A stretch of DNA of 32,000 nt from the NCBI RefSeq assembly GCF_900187275.1, contig NZ_LT906458.1:870001-902000 (forward strand), in the 5' to 3' direction. The notes under the pieces were generated by a model, which worked only from the letters and a program-made list of their open reading frames with translations, did not search any database and was not told the DNA's origin. Made by a program: the position numbers and the translations under genes. Of this stretch, positions 9,701-17,120 are shown in pieces; positions within the stretch are counted from its first letter, which is position 1; every line of letters starts with the position of its first letter. This stretch comes from Pasteurella multocida (lineage in GTDB: Bacteria; Pseudomonadota; Gammaproteobacteria; Enterobacterales; Pasteurellaceae).

Positions 9701-9788
9701 GGGTTATTCTTGCCGTAGTCAAGTGAAGCGCTTAGAAAAATGGCAACCTCAACATCCCGTACAAGCCTTACTCAGTTTATTAAAATAA
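6702..9788 (+). CDS. ydiJ: FAD-linked oxidase fused to an Fe-S/CCG domain (YdiJ family, putative 2-hydroxyacid dehydrogenase)
   Basis: About 1028 aa from the ATG at 6702 (the track starts at a GTG at 6693). FAD-binding region TPRGGGTGTNGQS, ferredoxin-type CxxCxxCxxxCP (CLACKACASQCP), and C-terminal Cys-rich repeats (VGCCGMAGTFG). Confidence 0.88.
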   Translation: MLPRLTNIPQLTPLVSAYLNDLQAQHFEGDISTHYAERLSLATDNSVYQQLPQAILFPKSIADVVRLTKLAQQHAYKSLTFTPRGGGTGTNGQSLNNNIIVDLSRHMTAILELNVEQRWVKVQAGVVKDQLNQFLKPYGLFFSPELSTSNRATLGGMINTDASGQGSLQYGKTSDHVLGLRAVLMNGEILETSAIKTEEFADNLVQSHLSKSHQYLHQEIFQRCQQKRAQILHDLPQLNRFITGYDLKNVFNHDESEFNLTRILTGSEGSLAFICEATLDLTAIPQYRTLINVKYSSFDAALRNAPFMVKANALSVETVDSKVLNLAKQDIIWHSVSELLTEQEENPILGLNIVEYASNDKGQIHRQVQALCAELDKKITHQQDAIIGYQVCSDLASIERIYAMRKKAVGLLGNAKGMAKPIPFVEDSCVPPEHLADYIAEFRALLDAHKLDYGMFGHVDAGVLHVRPALNLCDKAQVKLFKEISDQVVALTHKYGGLIWGEHGKGMRSQYGETFFTPELWQELRYIKFLFDPDNRLNPGKICTPLNSNAELYSIISPMRADHDRQIPIQMRETFNGAMNCNGNGLCFNFDVHSAMCPSMKISKNRLFSPKGRASMIREWLRLLANENVTPEQLNFRHHDVKMTDFVAKIRNTVQKWRGEYDFSHEVKAAMDTCLACKACASQCPIKIDVPNFRAKFFHFYYGRYLRSAKDHVIANVEYMAPLMAKKPAFFNFFTTSKFAQMAAEKVLGIVDLPTLSEPSLAQQLIEIDYQAYSLEQLERLSEQEKQRTVLIVQDPFTSYYDAKVVADFVSLLQKLTYKPVLLPFKPNGKALHVKGFLSRFAKTAQNQADVLSRLAKLGIPMVGVDPAIVLTYRDEYKEVLGQARGDFEVLTSQEWLTSQQTQLQTLIQNFAKTDRTYPTQQWYLFSHCTESTALPNSGKGWQQLFALFGQELKIENVGCCGMAGTFGHETAHLTMSKDIYALSWAKKLAGKDPHFCLATGYSCRSQVKRLEKWQPQHPVQALLSLLK
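9445..9453 (-). repeat. Uptake signal sequence core
   Basis: ACCGCACTT within ydiJ. Confidence 0.85.
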
Positions 9789-9789
9789 G

Positions 9790-10209
9790 ATGATTTGGAA
9801 AAAAAAATATACGCTTGAGCAAATGAACTTGCTTAGCCAAAACACCGCTATTTCGCACCTTGCCATTCAGTTTAGTGCACAAGGGGAAAACTGGTTGGAA
9901 GCCACTATGCCAGTGGATCAACGTACCATTCAACCCATGGGATTTTTGCATGGTGGCCTTTCAGTTGCATTGGCAGAAACAATTGGATCAATGGCGGGTT
10001 TTTGTTGTATAAATGAAAACCAGTTTGTATTGGGCTTAGAAATCAATGCCAATCACTTACGTCCAGTCAAACAAGGGATCGTGACAGCCAGAGCGACACC
10101 CATTCATTTAGGCACACGAACACAGGTTTGGCAAATTGAAATCAAAGATCAGCAAGATCAACTTTGTTGTCTTTCTCGTTTAACGCTTTCAGTGGGGAAT
10201 CATGAATAA
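9790..10209 (+). CDS. ydiI: Hotdog-fold thioesterase (PaaI/YdiI family, probable 1,4-dihydroxy-2-naphthoyl-CoA hydrolase)
   Basis: 139 aa. Motifs [20 protein letters not shown] and [11 protein letters not shown]. Its ATG lies 1 nt after the ydiJ stop. Confidence 0.8.
   Translation: MIWKKKYTLEQMNLLSQNTAISHLAIQFSAQGENWLEATMPVDQRTIQPMGFLHGGLSVALAETIGSMAGFCCINENQFVLGLEINANHLRPVKQGIVTARATPIHLGTRTQVWQIEIKDQQDQLCCLSRLTLSVGNHE
9799..9807 (+). repeat. A9 homopolymer in codons 4-6 of ydiI
   Basis: atg att tgg AAA AAA AAA tat. Confidence 0.9.
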
Positions 10210-11182
10210 AGCAAAAACTGGGGTTTTATTGGTGAATTTAGGTACACCAGAAAGCCCTACACCAAAGGCTATCTCTCGTTATTTATGGCAATTTTTAACT
10301 GATCCTCGTGTCGTCGATTTACCGCGTTATAAATGGTTTCCTTTGTTAAAAGGGATTATTTTGCCGTTACGCGCTAAACGTGTCGCCAAAAATTACGCTT
10401 CAATTTGGACCGAGCAAGGTTCTCCGCTTTTAACCATTACCCGAGAACAACAACACGCCTTACAAACCTATTTTAAACAACAAGAAAAAAATATTGTCGT
10501 TGAAGTCGCGATGACTTACGGAGAACCCTCCATAAAATCAGCAATGCAACGCTTATCCACACAGCAGGTAGATAACTTCATCGTGTTTCCACTCTATCCA
10601 CAATATAGTAGCTCAACTACAGGCGCGGTCTTTGATGCCTTTGCTCAAGTGCTAAAAACACAACGTGGTGTTTTACCCTTTGATTTTATTCATTCTTATC
10701 ATACCAATGAAGACTATATTGCGGCTTTAGTTACTACGATTCAGGAGCACTTCCAACCGGATGAGTTTTTGTTATTCTCTTTCCATGGCATTCCTGTGCG
10801 TTATGAAAATATGGGGGATTATTACCGCGAGCATTGTAAACAAACAGTGTTGGCTGTCATTGACCGTTTAGGACTCACCGAGAATCAATGGGGGCTTTCC
10901 TTTCAATCTCGCTTTGGTAAAGAAGAATGGTTACAACCTTATACAGATCAATTCCTAGCCCAAGCACCGAGCCAGAATATTCAGAAAATGGCGGTTATCT
11001 GTCCTGGCTTTGCAGCAGATTGTTTGGAAACACTAGAGGAAATTGAGGAAGAAAATAAAGAGATCTTCCTTGCTAATGGTGGAATCTCATATCGTTACAT
11101 TCCTGCGCTCAATGCACGCCCAGAACACATTCAAATGATGGCGAATTTGATTCTGAATAAACTCAATCAAACAAGTAAATAA
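10202..11182 (+). CDS. hemH: Ferrochelatase
   Basis: 326 aa. Motifs [27 protein letters not shown] and SFHGIP. Overlaps the ydiI stop by 8 nt. Confidence 0.93.
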   Translation: MNKAKTGVLLVNLGTPESPTPKAISRYLWQFLTDPRVVDLPRYKWFPLLKGIILPLRAKRVAKNYASIWTEQGSPLLTITREQQHALQTYFKQQEKNIVVEVAMTYGEPSIKSAMQRLSTQQVDNFIVFPLYPQYSSSTTGAVFDAFAQVLKTQRGVLPFDFIHSYHTNEDYIAALVTTIQEHFQPDEFLLFSFHGIPVRYENMGDYYREHCKQTVLAVIDRLGLTENQWGLSFQSRFGKEEWLQPYTDQFLAQAPSQNIQKMAVICPGFAADCLETLEEIEEENKEIFLANGGISYRYIPALNARPEHIQMMANLILNKLNQTSK

Positions 11183-11183
11183 C

Positions 11184-11216
11184 AAAAAAATCCCAAGTCT
11201 TTCACTTGGGATTTTC
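11184..11216. terminator. Bidirectional terminator between hemH and selD
   Basis: aaaaaaATCCCAAGTctttcACTTGGGATtttc. Confidence 0.85.
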
Positions 11217-11231
11217 ACTTTGATAGTCAGT

Positions 11232-12332
11232 TTAAAGCACCGTGATTAAAATTGGGCTGTCATGTTCTTTGGCAAATAATCGCCCCACTTCAAATAATTC
11301 AATGCCGTCATCAGCAGCGATTTCCAACACTTGTTGTTCACTGTCTGCGTCCACCGCGATCAATAACCCACCCGATGTTTGAGGATCACATAAAATGGCT
11401 TTTTGTAAATCGCTCATTGCTCCAATTTTGTGTCCGTAACTTTCAAAATTACGTTCAGTACCGCCCGGAATACAGCCTTTTTCAATATAACGTTGTACAC
11501 CATCGAGTGTTTTTATCTTATCAAAATACACTTCGGCACGTACTCCAGAGCCTTCACAAAGCTCACTTAAATGCCCTAATAAACCAAATCCCGTCACATC
11601 TGTCATGGCGCTAATGCCTGCTATCTCAGCAAATTTTGCACCAATAGTATTCATTTGACACATCACTTCCGTTGCTAACCCTTGATGTTCTGCTTTCAAT
11701 TTGCCTTTTTTTTCCGCTGTGGTTAATACACCGATTCCTAACGGTTTTGTTAAAAACAATTTACAACCTGCCGTCGCTGATGCATTTTTCTTTACTTTAT
11801 CTGTGTTAATTATCCCCGTCACAGCTAAACCAAAAATCGGCTCTGGCGCATCAATCGAGTGTCCACCCGCTAGCGTAATCCCTGCCTGACGACAAGCAAA
11901 ACGCCCCCCGTCAACAATACGTTGTGCCACTTCAGGAGGCAATAATTTAATAGGGAAACCTAAAATTGCAATCGCCATTATCGGTTTCCCTCCCATTGCA
12001 AAAATATCACTGATCGCATTTGTTGCGGCAATACGTCCAAAATCAAATGGGTCATCGACAATAGGCATAAAAAAATCCGTGGTACTAATGATACCAATCC
12101 CATTACCAATATCATAAACCGCAGCATCATCTTTAGTTTCATTACCCACCAAAAGATGCGGATCTACCCATTTTTCCATGTCAGAGTGTAAAATCTTTTC
12201 GAGGACTTTCGGCGAAATTTTACAACCGCATCCTGCGCCATGACTGTATTGGGTTAAACGCACTGTACTAGCAATTGTGTCATTCATTTCCTGCTCAAGT
12301 GCGGTAAGATTTTGCTCAATTTTGGCTTGCAT
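11232..12332 (-). CDS. selD: Selenide, water dikinase (selenophosphate synthetase), Cys type
   Basis: 366 aa. [20 protein letters not shown] and AIR-synthase-like domains. The ATG at 12332 has AGGAG 8 nt upstream. An alternative internal ATG at 12287 would give a homologue-length N-terminus. Confidence 0.92.
   Translation of the reverse strand: MQAKIEQNLTALEQEMNDTIASTVRLTQYSHGAGCGCKISPKVLEKILHSDMEKWVDPHLLVGNETKDDAAVYDIGNGIGIISTTDFFMPIVDDPFDFGRIAATNAISDIFAMGGKPIMAIAILGFPIKLLPPEVAQRIVDGGRFACRQAGITLAGGHSIDAPEPIFGLAVTGIINTDKVKKNASATAGCKLFLTKPLGIGVLTTAEKKGKLKAEHQGLATEVMCQMNTIGAKFAEIAGISAMTDVTGFGLLGHLSELCEGSGVRAEVYFDKIKTLDGVQRYIEKGCIPGGTERNFESYGHKIGAMSDLQKAILCDPQTSGGLLIAVDADSEQQVLEIAADDGIELFEVGRLFAKEHDSPILITVL
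12297..12305 (+). repeat. Uptake signal sequence core
   Basis: AAGTGCGGTaagatttt, within the selD N-terminal codons. Confidence 0.85.
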
Positions 12333-12401
12333 TTTCAGATCTCCTAACCAATAATCTAGTTTGATTATACGTCAGTTAAAGAAAAAAGACATTGAGAAAA
12401 C

Positions 12402-12476
12402 ATGATCAAGCGTAAACGTCCTACTTTGCAAGATATTGCAATAACTGCTTGTATTGTTAGAATACTAATTAACTAA
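12402..12476 (+). pseudogene. Possible stub of a LacI/GntR-type regulator gene (N-terminal codons only)
   Basis: A 24-codon ORF, MIKRKRPTLQDIAITACIVRILIN*. The first 13 residues resemble the start of LacI-family HTH regulators (M-K-K-K-R-P-x-L-Q-D-[IV]-A). The rest diverges and terminates. Confidence 0.3.
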
Positions 12477-12508
12477 AAGATGAAAAAACAATCTCATTTT
12501 TCATATAT

Positions 12509-13036
12509 TCATAACTTTTGAATTAAAGGAATCACTGCTTTAACACAACGTTCAACTATTTGTTCAAACGTCCCATCAATACTGATATGAATGACGTCTG
12601 GCTCATCTGCTTGGGGAATTTCCAATGTGTCAAATTGGCTTTTTAGCATTTCTGGTTTCATGTAATGCCCTTTACGTTGCTTCATTCGTTCTAAAACTAA
12701 TTCAAAAGGCCCATGTAAAAAAATAAACTTCACATCATTGCCATCACGAATCAAATCACGATATTGTTTTTTTAACGCTGAACAGATAATAATTCCAACT
12801 TCACTTTTCTGCTCCAAACTAAATGCCGCATCACGAATACGTTCTAACCAAGGGGCTCTATCTTCATCGTTTAATGGTATTCCTTGCCCCATCTTAATGA
12901 TATTAGCTCGTGGATGAAGATCATCACCGTCAATGAGTTTAATCCCTAAGCGTTGTGCGACAACTGTGCCAACCGAAGTTTTTCCTGTACTGGAAACACC
13001 CATCAAAATGAATCCTTTTCCTAATTTTTTTTCCAT
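12509..13036 (-). CDS. gntK: Gluconokinase (GntK/IdnK family)
   Basis: 175 aa. P-loop GVSSTGKTS, DGDDLHP, and PWLERI...ICSALKKQYRD. Confidence 0.9.
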   Translation of the reverse strand: MEKKLGKGFILMGVSSTGKTSVGTVVAQRLGIKLIDGDDLHPRANIIKMGQGIPLNDEDRAPWLERIRDAAFSLEQKSEVGIIICSALKKQYRDLIRDGNDVKFIFLHGPFELVLERMKQRKGHYMKPEMLKSQFDTLEIPQADEPDVIHISIDGTFEQIVERCVKAVIPLIQKL

Positions 13037-13090
13037 TATTCAACTCCTTAGCAAAACTGATATTTACGGGTCAAAGAGACAGTATCTTAT

Positions 13091-14092
13091 CTATGCACTT
13101 TGTCTTCTCATGAATTTAAAAGGTAGCTCTATAATATTCTGTTGTGGCTTTTTACCTGCTAAGAATTGAATTAATATTTCAGCTCCTAATTTCCCCATAT
13201 CAAAACGTGGGGTAAAAATTGTCGTTAAGCTTGGATTTATTACTTTGGCAAAGTCCAAATCATTAAAACCAACAATATCAAGTTCTTTACCAACTTTTAT
13301 TCCTCTACGATTACATTCCATAATTGCCCCAGCAGCTACATCATCATTAATGAAAAAAATCGCATCTGTATCTGGCCATTGATATAAAATTTCAAGAACA
13401 GATTCAGCACCACTAGCAAAAGACGTTTTTCCTTGTATCCTAAAATAACGTTCTGTAGATAACTGACACTCAGTTAATACATCTTCCCATGCTGTCTTTC
13501 TTAAACATGCACGACTATCTAACCAAGAAGAACACAATGCAATATTCTTACGTTTTTTCTCTTCAACTAAAAACTTAATTAAATATCGTGCTGCCGCATA
13601 TTGATCGATACCGATGTTAGCAAGAAAGTTAGGTGAAGAATCAATATGCATAATTTCAACTGTTGGAATATTTGATATTTTCAATAAATCCATTGTTTTT
13701 TGAGTATGGAATGTCTCTGTTAAAATGAATCCATCCACATTTTGTTGCAGGTATTTCTCAATAATCCTTTGTTCTTCTAGAGGAGTATATGAAAAGTCAC
13801 TAATCAATAAATTATAATTCCATTGATCACATACTCTCTTTACCCCTTCAATCACTTCATTAAATACGTCATTACTAAACGAAGGTATCAATAACACTAT
13901 AGAGTTTGTGGATGACGAAGCTAAAGACTTAGCAATATTATTAGGAATATAGTTCATCCGTTCACACATTTTTTGTATTTTTTCTCTCATCTCATTTGAA
14001 ACTAAAGAAGGGTTATTTATCGCACGTGATACTGTAGATTTATTAACTCCTAATGCCTTAGCAATATCATCGATTGTGGTTCGTTTTGTCAT
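13091..14092 (-). CDS. idnR: LacI-family transcriptional regulator. Context suggests an IdnR/GntR-like repressor or activator.
   Basis: 333 aa. N-terminal HTH TIDDIAKALGVNKSTVSRAINN and a periplasmic-binding-protein-like sugar domain. The family call is strong. The specific role is inferred from the neighbouring genes. Confidence 0.85.
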   Translation of the reverse strand: MTKRTTIDDIAKALGVNKSTVSRAINNPSLVSNEMREKIQKMCERMNYIPNNIAKSLASSSTNSIVLLIPSFSNDVFNEVIEGVKRVCDQWNYNLLISDFSYTPLEEQRIIEKYLQQNVDGFILTETFHTQKTMDLLKISNIPTVEIMHIDSSPNFLANIGIDQYAAARYLIKFLVEEKKRKNIALCSSWLDSRACLRKTAWEDVLTECQLSTERYFRIQGKTSFASGAESVLEILYQWPDTDAIFFINDDVAAGAIMECNRRGIKVGKELDIVGFNDLDFAKVINPSLTTIFTPRFDMGKLGAEILIQFLAGKKPQQNIIELPFKFMRRQSA

Positions 14093-14151
14093 ATGAATAA
14101 ATAAAAAAATATTAGGTAAGAGGTCAATATTCTATCTGAAATAACTTATTT

Positions 14152-14167
14152 TTTGAAATAGATCACA
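14152..14167. promoter_or_regulatory. Candidate cAMP-CRP binding site in the divergent idnR / idnD control region
   Basis: TTTGAaatagaTCACA matches the TGTGA-N6-TCACA core at 9 of 10 positions. The right flank tagatcacatt matches the extended consensus over 11 consecutive positions. Confidence 0.55.
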
Positions 14168-14184
14168 TTCTAAATAAAATCTAA

Positions 14185-14213
14185 TTGAAACTTAGATCTT
14201 AGGATATTACATT
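14185..14213 (+). promoter_or_regulatory. Candidate idnD operon promoter
   Basis: TTGAAA-17 nt-TACATT. The predicted start near 14220 places the CRP site centre at about -61 (class I spacing) and puts the start inside operator O1. Confidence 0.4.
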
Positions 14214-14215
14214 TA

Positions 14216-14229
14216 TGCAAGCGGTTGCA
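14216..14229. promoter_or_regulatory. LacI-family-type palindromic operator O1
   Basis: TGCAAgCGgTTGCA fits the generic LacI-family pattern TGnAAnCGnTTnCA. It ends 14 nt upstream of the idnD ATG. Confidence 0.55.
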
Positions 14230-14243
14230 ATAGTGGGAGAAAT

Positions 14244-15266
14244 ATGATGAAACATTCAAAAGTACCTTGTATCAAAGTCTCGGGTTCACATCAAATACAG
14301 ATAACAACGACAGAACTAGATCAAATATCAGCTAATGAAAAGCTTGTTAAGATAACACGTGGTGGTATTTGTGGCTCAGATATCCATTACTATCAAGAAG
14401 GTGGAATTGGAAACTTCAGTTTAAAACACCCTATGATTTTAGGTCATGAAGTAGTAGGTTATTTAGACAAAGAAAAGCAAGCGGTTGCATTAAATCCAAG
14501 TAAACCATGTTTACAATGTAAATATTGCCTTGAAGGTAAATCAAATCAATGTTTAAACATGCGTTTTTTCGGTAGTGCAATGCTCACTCCACATGTAGAC
14601 GGAGGTTTTGCTAAATATATTGTTGTTAGAGATGATCAAGTTATTCCTTATGACCCTCAAATATCTTCTAAAGTCATGGTTTTTGCAGAACCACTTGCAG
14701 TAGCAATCCATGCAATCAATCAGGCAGGTTCTCTCATCGGAAAAAAAGTTCTCATTACAGGAGTTGGACCTATTGGGTCATTAGTCGTTGCGGCTTGTAA
14801 ACAGGCAGGTGCTGTTGAAATCATCGCATCTGATATACAAGAGTCCTGTAGACAAAGTGCAGTAAAAATGGGAGCAACTTCGACTATCAAGCCATTAGAA
14901 GACAATACGCACTATTTTCAAAATAAAGGCTACTTTGATGTTACATTCGAGGCATCTGGATCTAATGAAGCAATCAATTTTGCCATTGATGCTACAAAAG
15001 CAACAGGCACCATTATTCAAATAGGCATGTCAAAAAATAATGTTTCAATACCTTTAACTAAATTTTTAGCTAAAGAAATTACTTATAAAGGTGCGTTTCG
15101 TTTTACTGAAGAATTCAATATTGCTGTGCGTTGGTTAGAACTTGGATTGATTGATCCTCTACCATTATTATCTCATGAGTTCCCATACCAAGAAGCAGAA
15201 AAAGCTCTACAAATAGCAAGTGATAAAAATGTAGCAATTAAAGTTCAACTTAATTTTGAGGAATAA
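14244..15266 (+). CDS. idnD: Zn-dependent medium-chain dehydrogenase, L-idonate 5-dehydrogenase-like
   Basis: 340 aa. GICGSDIHYY, GHEVVG, the structural-Zn cluster CLQCKYCLEGKSNQC, and the Rossmann motif GVGPIG. The idnD assignment rests on context with idnO, gntK and the LacI regulator. Confidence 0.8.
   Translation: MMKHSKVPCIKVSGSHQIQITTTELDQISANEKLVKITRGGICGSDIHYYQEGGIGNFSLKHPMILGHEVVGYLDKEKQAVALNPSKPCLQCKYCLEGKSNQCLNMRFFGSAMLTPHVDGGFAKYIVVRDDQVIPYDPQISSKVMVFAEPLAVAIHAINQAGSLIGKKVLITGVGPIGSLVVAACKQAGAVEIIASDIQESCRQSAVKMGATSTIKPLEDNTHYFQNKGYFDVTFEASGSNEAINFAIDATKATGTIIQIGMSKNNVSIPLTKFLAKEITYKGAFRFTEEFNIAVRWLELGLIDPLPLLSHEFPYQEAEKALQIASDKNVAIKVQLNFEE
14476..14489. promoter_or_regulatory. 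Second copy of the operator (O2) inside idnD codons 78-82
   Basis: AGCAAGCGGTTGCA. Its 13-nt GCAAGCGGTTGCA is identical to O1 and lies 260 bp downstream. Confidence 0.45.
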
Positions 15267-15268
15267 TT

Positions 15269-16036
15269 ATGCAAAACAATTTATTTGACTTACACGGCAA
15301 ACGAGCACTGATTACAGGGGCTGCACAAGGAATTGGTTTTTTGCTTGCTAATGGTTTAGCTGAATATGGTGCAGAAATTATTGTAAATGATATCACATCA
15401 GAAAAAACACTCTCTGCAGTAGAAAAATTACGTAACAAAGGATTCACGGCTTATTCTGTACCTTTTGATGTGACAAAAAAAAGTGAGATTGAAAAAAACA
15501 TATCCTTCATTGAAGAAGAAATCGGTCCAATTGATATTTTAATTAATAATGCTGGAATACAACGCCGGTATCCTATTTTAGATTTCCCTGAAAAAGATTG
15601 GGATGATGTTATCAACATCAATCAAAAAGCTGTTTTTTTGATGATTCAAGAAGTTGGTAAACATATGGTTAAACGTCGAACAGGAAAAATCATTAATATT
15701 TGTTCAATGCAAAGTGAATTAGGAAGAGACACAATAACACCTTATGCGGCATCAAAGGGAGCAGTAAAAATGTTAACAAGAGGGGCTTGCGTTGAACTAG
15801 CTCGCTATAACATCCAAGTTAATGGAATTGCTCCAGGTTATTTCAAAACTGAAATGACTAAAGCATTAGTAGAAAATACACAATTTACTGAATGGTTATG
15901 TCAACGAACTCCAGCTAATCGTTGGGGAGAGCCTAGCGAATTAATTGGTTCAGCCATTTTTTTATCTTCAAAAGCTTCTGATTTTATAAACGGTCATCTT
16001 CTCTTTGTTGATGGCGGAATGTTAGTCTCTGTATAG
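15269..16036 (+). CDS. idnO: Short-chain dehydrogenase, gluconate 5-dehydrogenase / 5-keto-D-gluconate reductase-like
   Basis: 255 aa. TGAAQGIG, NNAG, and the catalytic YAASKGAVKMLT. Confidence 0.82.
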   Translation: MQNNLFDLHGKRALITGAAQGIGFLLANGLAEYGAEIIVNDITSEKTLSAVEKLRNKGFTAYSVPFDVTKKSEIEKNISFIEEEIGPIDILINNAGIQRRYPILDFPEKDWDDVININQKAVFLMIQEVGKHMVKRRTGKIINICSMQSELGRDTITPYAASKGAVKMLTRGACVELARYNIQVNGIAPGYFKTEMTKALVENTQFTEWLCQRTPANRWGEPSELIGSAIFLSSKASDFINGHLLFVDGGMLVSV

Positions 16037-16057
16037 TTAACTACTAAGGAGTTATGT

Positions 16058-17071
16058 ATGAATATTAGAAAATCATTACTATTAATATCCCTAGCAAGCT
16101 TCATGTCACTTTCAGTTTCAGCTGCAGAAATTAATTTGAAATTTGAAAGTTCGAATTTTGCAGGAGAAAAAGTTTATGAAATCCAAAAAGAATGGACTGA
16201 CAATATTGAAAAAGCTTCCAATGGGAGAATAAGTATAGAGTTATTACCTCTCGACTCAGTCTTAAAATCTAGTGACATGCTTTCTGGTGTTCGAAATAAA
16301 ATTATTGATGGAGCGGTTGCAACAGCGGCAATGTATGCAGGCACTGACCCTGGATTCGGATTAATTGGTGATACTATTTCTGCTTGGAACCATGACGAAG
16401 ATATTTTAAATTTTTACTATAATGGAGGTGGTTTTGAAGTTGTTGATAATATTTTCCAACAATATGGTGCCAAACTCATTGGTGTATCAGTTACGGGAGC
16501 AGAATCATTACCATCGAAAGTAAAAATAGCTAATACTGAAGATTTTAAAGGTATAAAAATTCGGGCTCCCTCTGGTCCTATCCAAAAATTGTTTGCAAGA
16601 TTAGGAGCCGCTCCTGTTGGTCTTCCTGGTTCAGAAATCTATACTAGTTTAGAAAAAGGTATTATTGATGCTGCCGATTTCTCAACGTTTGCAAATAATC
16701 AAGCACAAGGAGTCCATGATATTGCAAAATATCCAATCTATCCGGGAATTCATTCTTCACCAGCCGTTCATATGATTATGAATCATAAAACTTGGAGTAG
16801 CTTAACTCCATCGGATCAAGCATTCTTAATTGCTTACTTTAAAGGGATGGCTCTCGATACTCTGACTCGTGCTCATTATGAAGATAAACTAGCATATAAA
16901 GAAGCAATTGAGAAAGGAGTACAACCAGTTTCTTGGAATCAACAAGAAATTACAAAAGTTCGTTCTATCGCTAAAGAAATTTGGCAAGAGATAGCTCAAC
17001 AATCTGAAATAGGTAATCAGTATTATCAAGTATTAATGAAATTCCTAGAATCTCAAGGAATGCTGCAATAA
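16058..17071 (+). CDS. dctP: TRAP transporter substrate-binding protein (DctP family)
   Basis: 337 aa. Signal peptide, and FKGIKIRAPSG, which carries the family's conserved carboxylate-binding Arg position. Confidence 0.88.
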   Translation: MNIRKSLLLISLASFMSLSVSAAEINLKFESSNFAGEKVYEIQKEWTDNIEKASNGRISIELLPLDSVLKSSDMLSGVRNKIIDGAVATAAMYAGTDPGFGLIGDTISAWNHDEDILNFYYNGGGFEVVDNIFQQYGAKLIGVSVTGAESLPSKVKIANTEDFKGIKIRAPSGPIQKLFARLGAAPVGLPGSEIYTSLEKGIIDAADFSTFANNQAQGVHDIAKYPIYPGIHSSPAVHMIMNHKTWSSLTPSDQAFLIAYFKGMALDTLTRAHYEDKLAYKEAIEKGVQPVSWNQQEITKVRSIAKEIWQEIAQQSEIGNQYYQVLMKFLESQGMLQ

Positions 17072-17079
17072 TCGTCAAG

Positions 17080-17107
17080 ATGGATAAGACGATATCGTCT
17101 TATCCAT
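17080..17107 (+). promoter_or_regulatory. Perfect 28-nt palindrome (intercistronic hairpin) between dctP and dctQ
   Basis: ATGGATAAGACGAT|ATCGTCTTATCCAT, directly followed by taAGGAGtaaaacATG of dctQ. No T-run follows. Confidence 0.7.
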
Positions 17108-17120
17108 TAAGGAGTAAAAC

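Noticed and set aside
12270-12290. Looked for an in-frame TGA (selenocysteine) in the SelD active-site loop, as in H. influenzae
   Set aside because: The loop is encoded as GCGCK with ordinary Cys codons. There is no UGA and no SECIS requirement.
11706-13032. A8/T8 runs in selD (11706-11713) and gntK (13025-13032) as phase-variation candidates
   Set aside because: These are A/T runs of 8 that encode Lys-Lys in housekeeping-type genes of an AT-rich genome, below the length usually associated with switching.
14217-14225. GCAAGCGGT resembles the Actinobacillus-type USS (ACAAGCGGT) at 8 of 9 positions, and occurs twice
   Set aside because: The window otherwise uses only the AAGTGCGGT type. Both copies are part of a longer palindrome (TGCAAgCGgTTGCA) beside a LacI-family gene, so an operator explanation fits better. 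A donor from the Apl-USS group remains a remote possibility.
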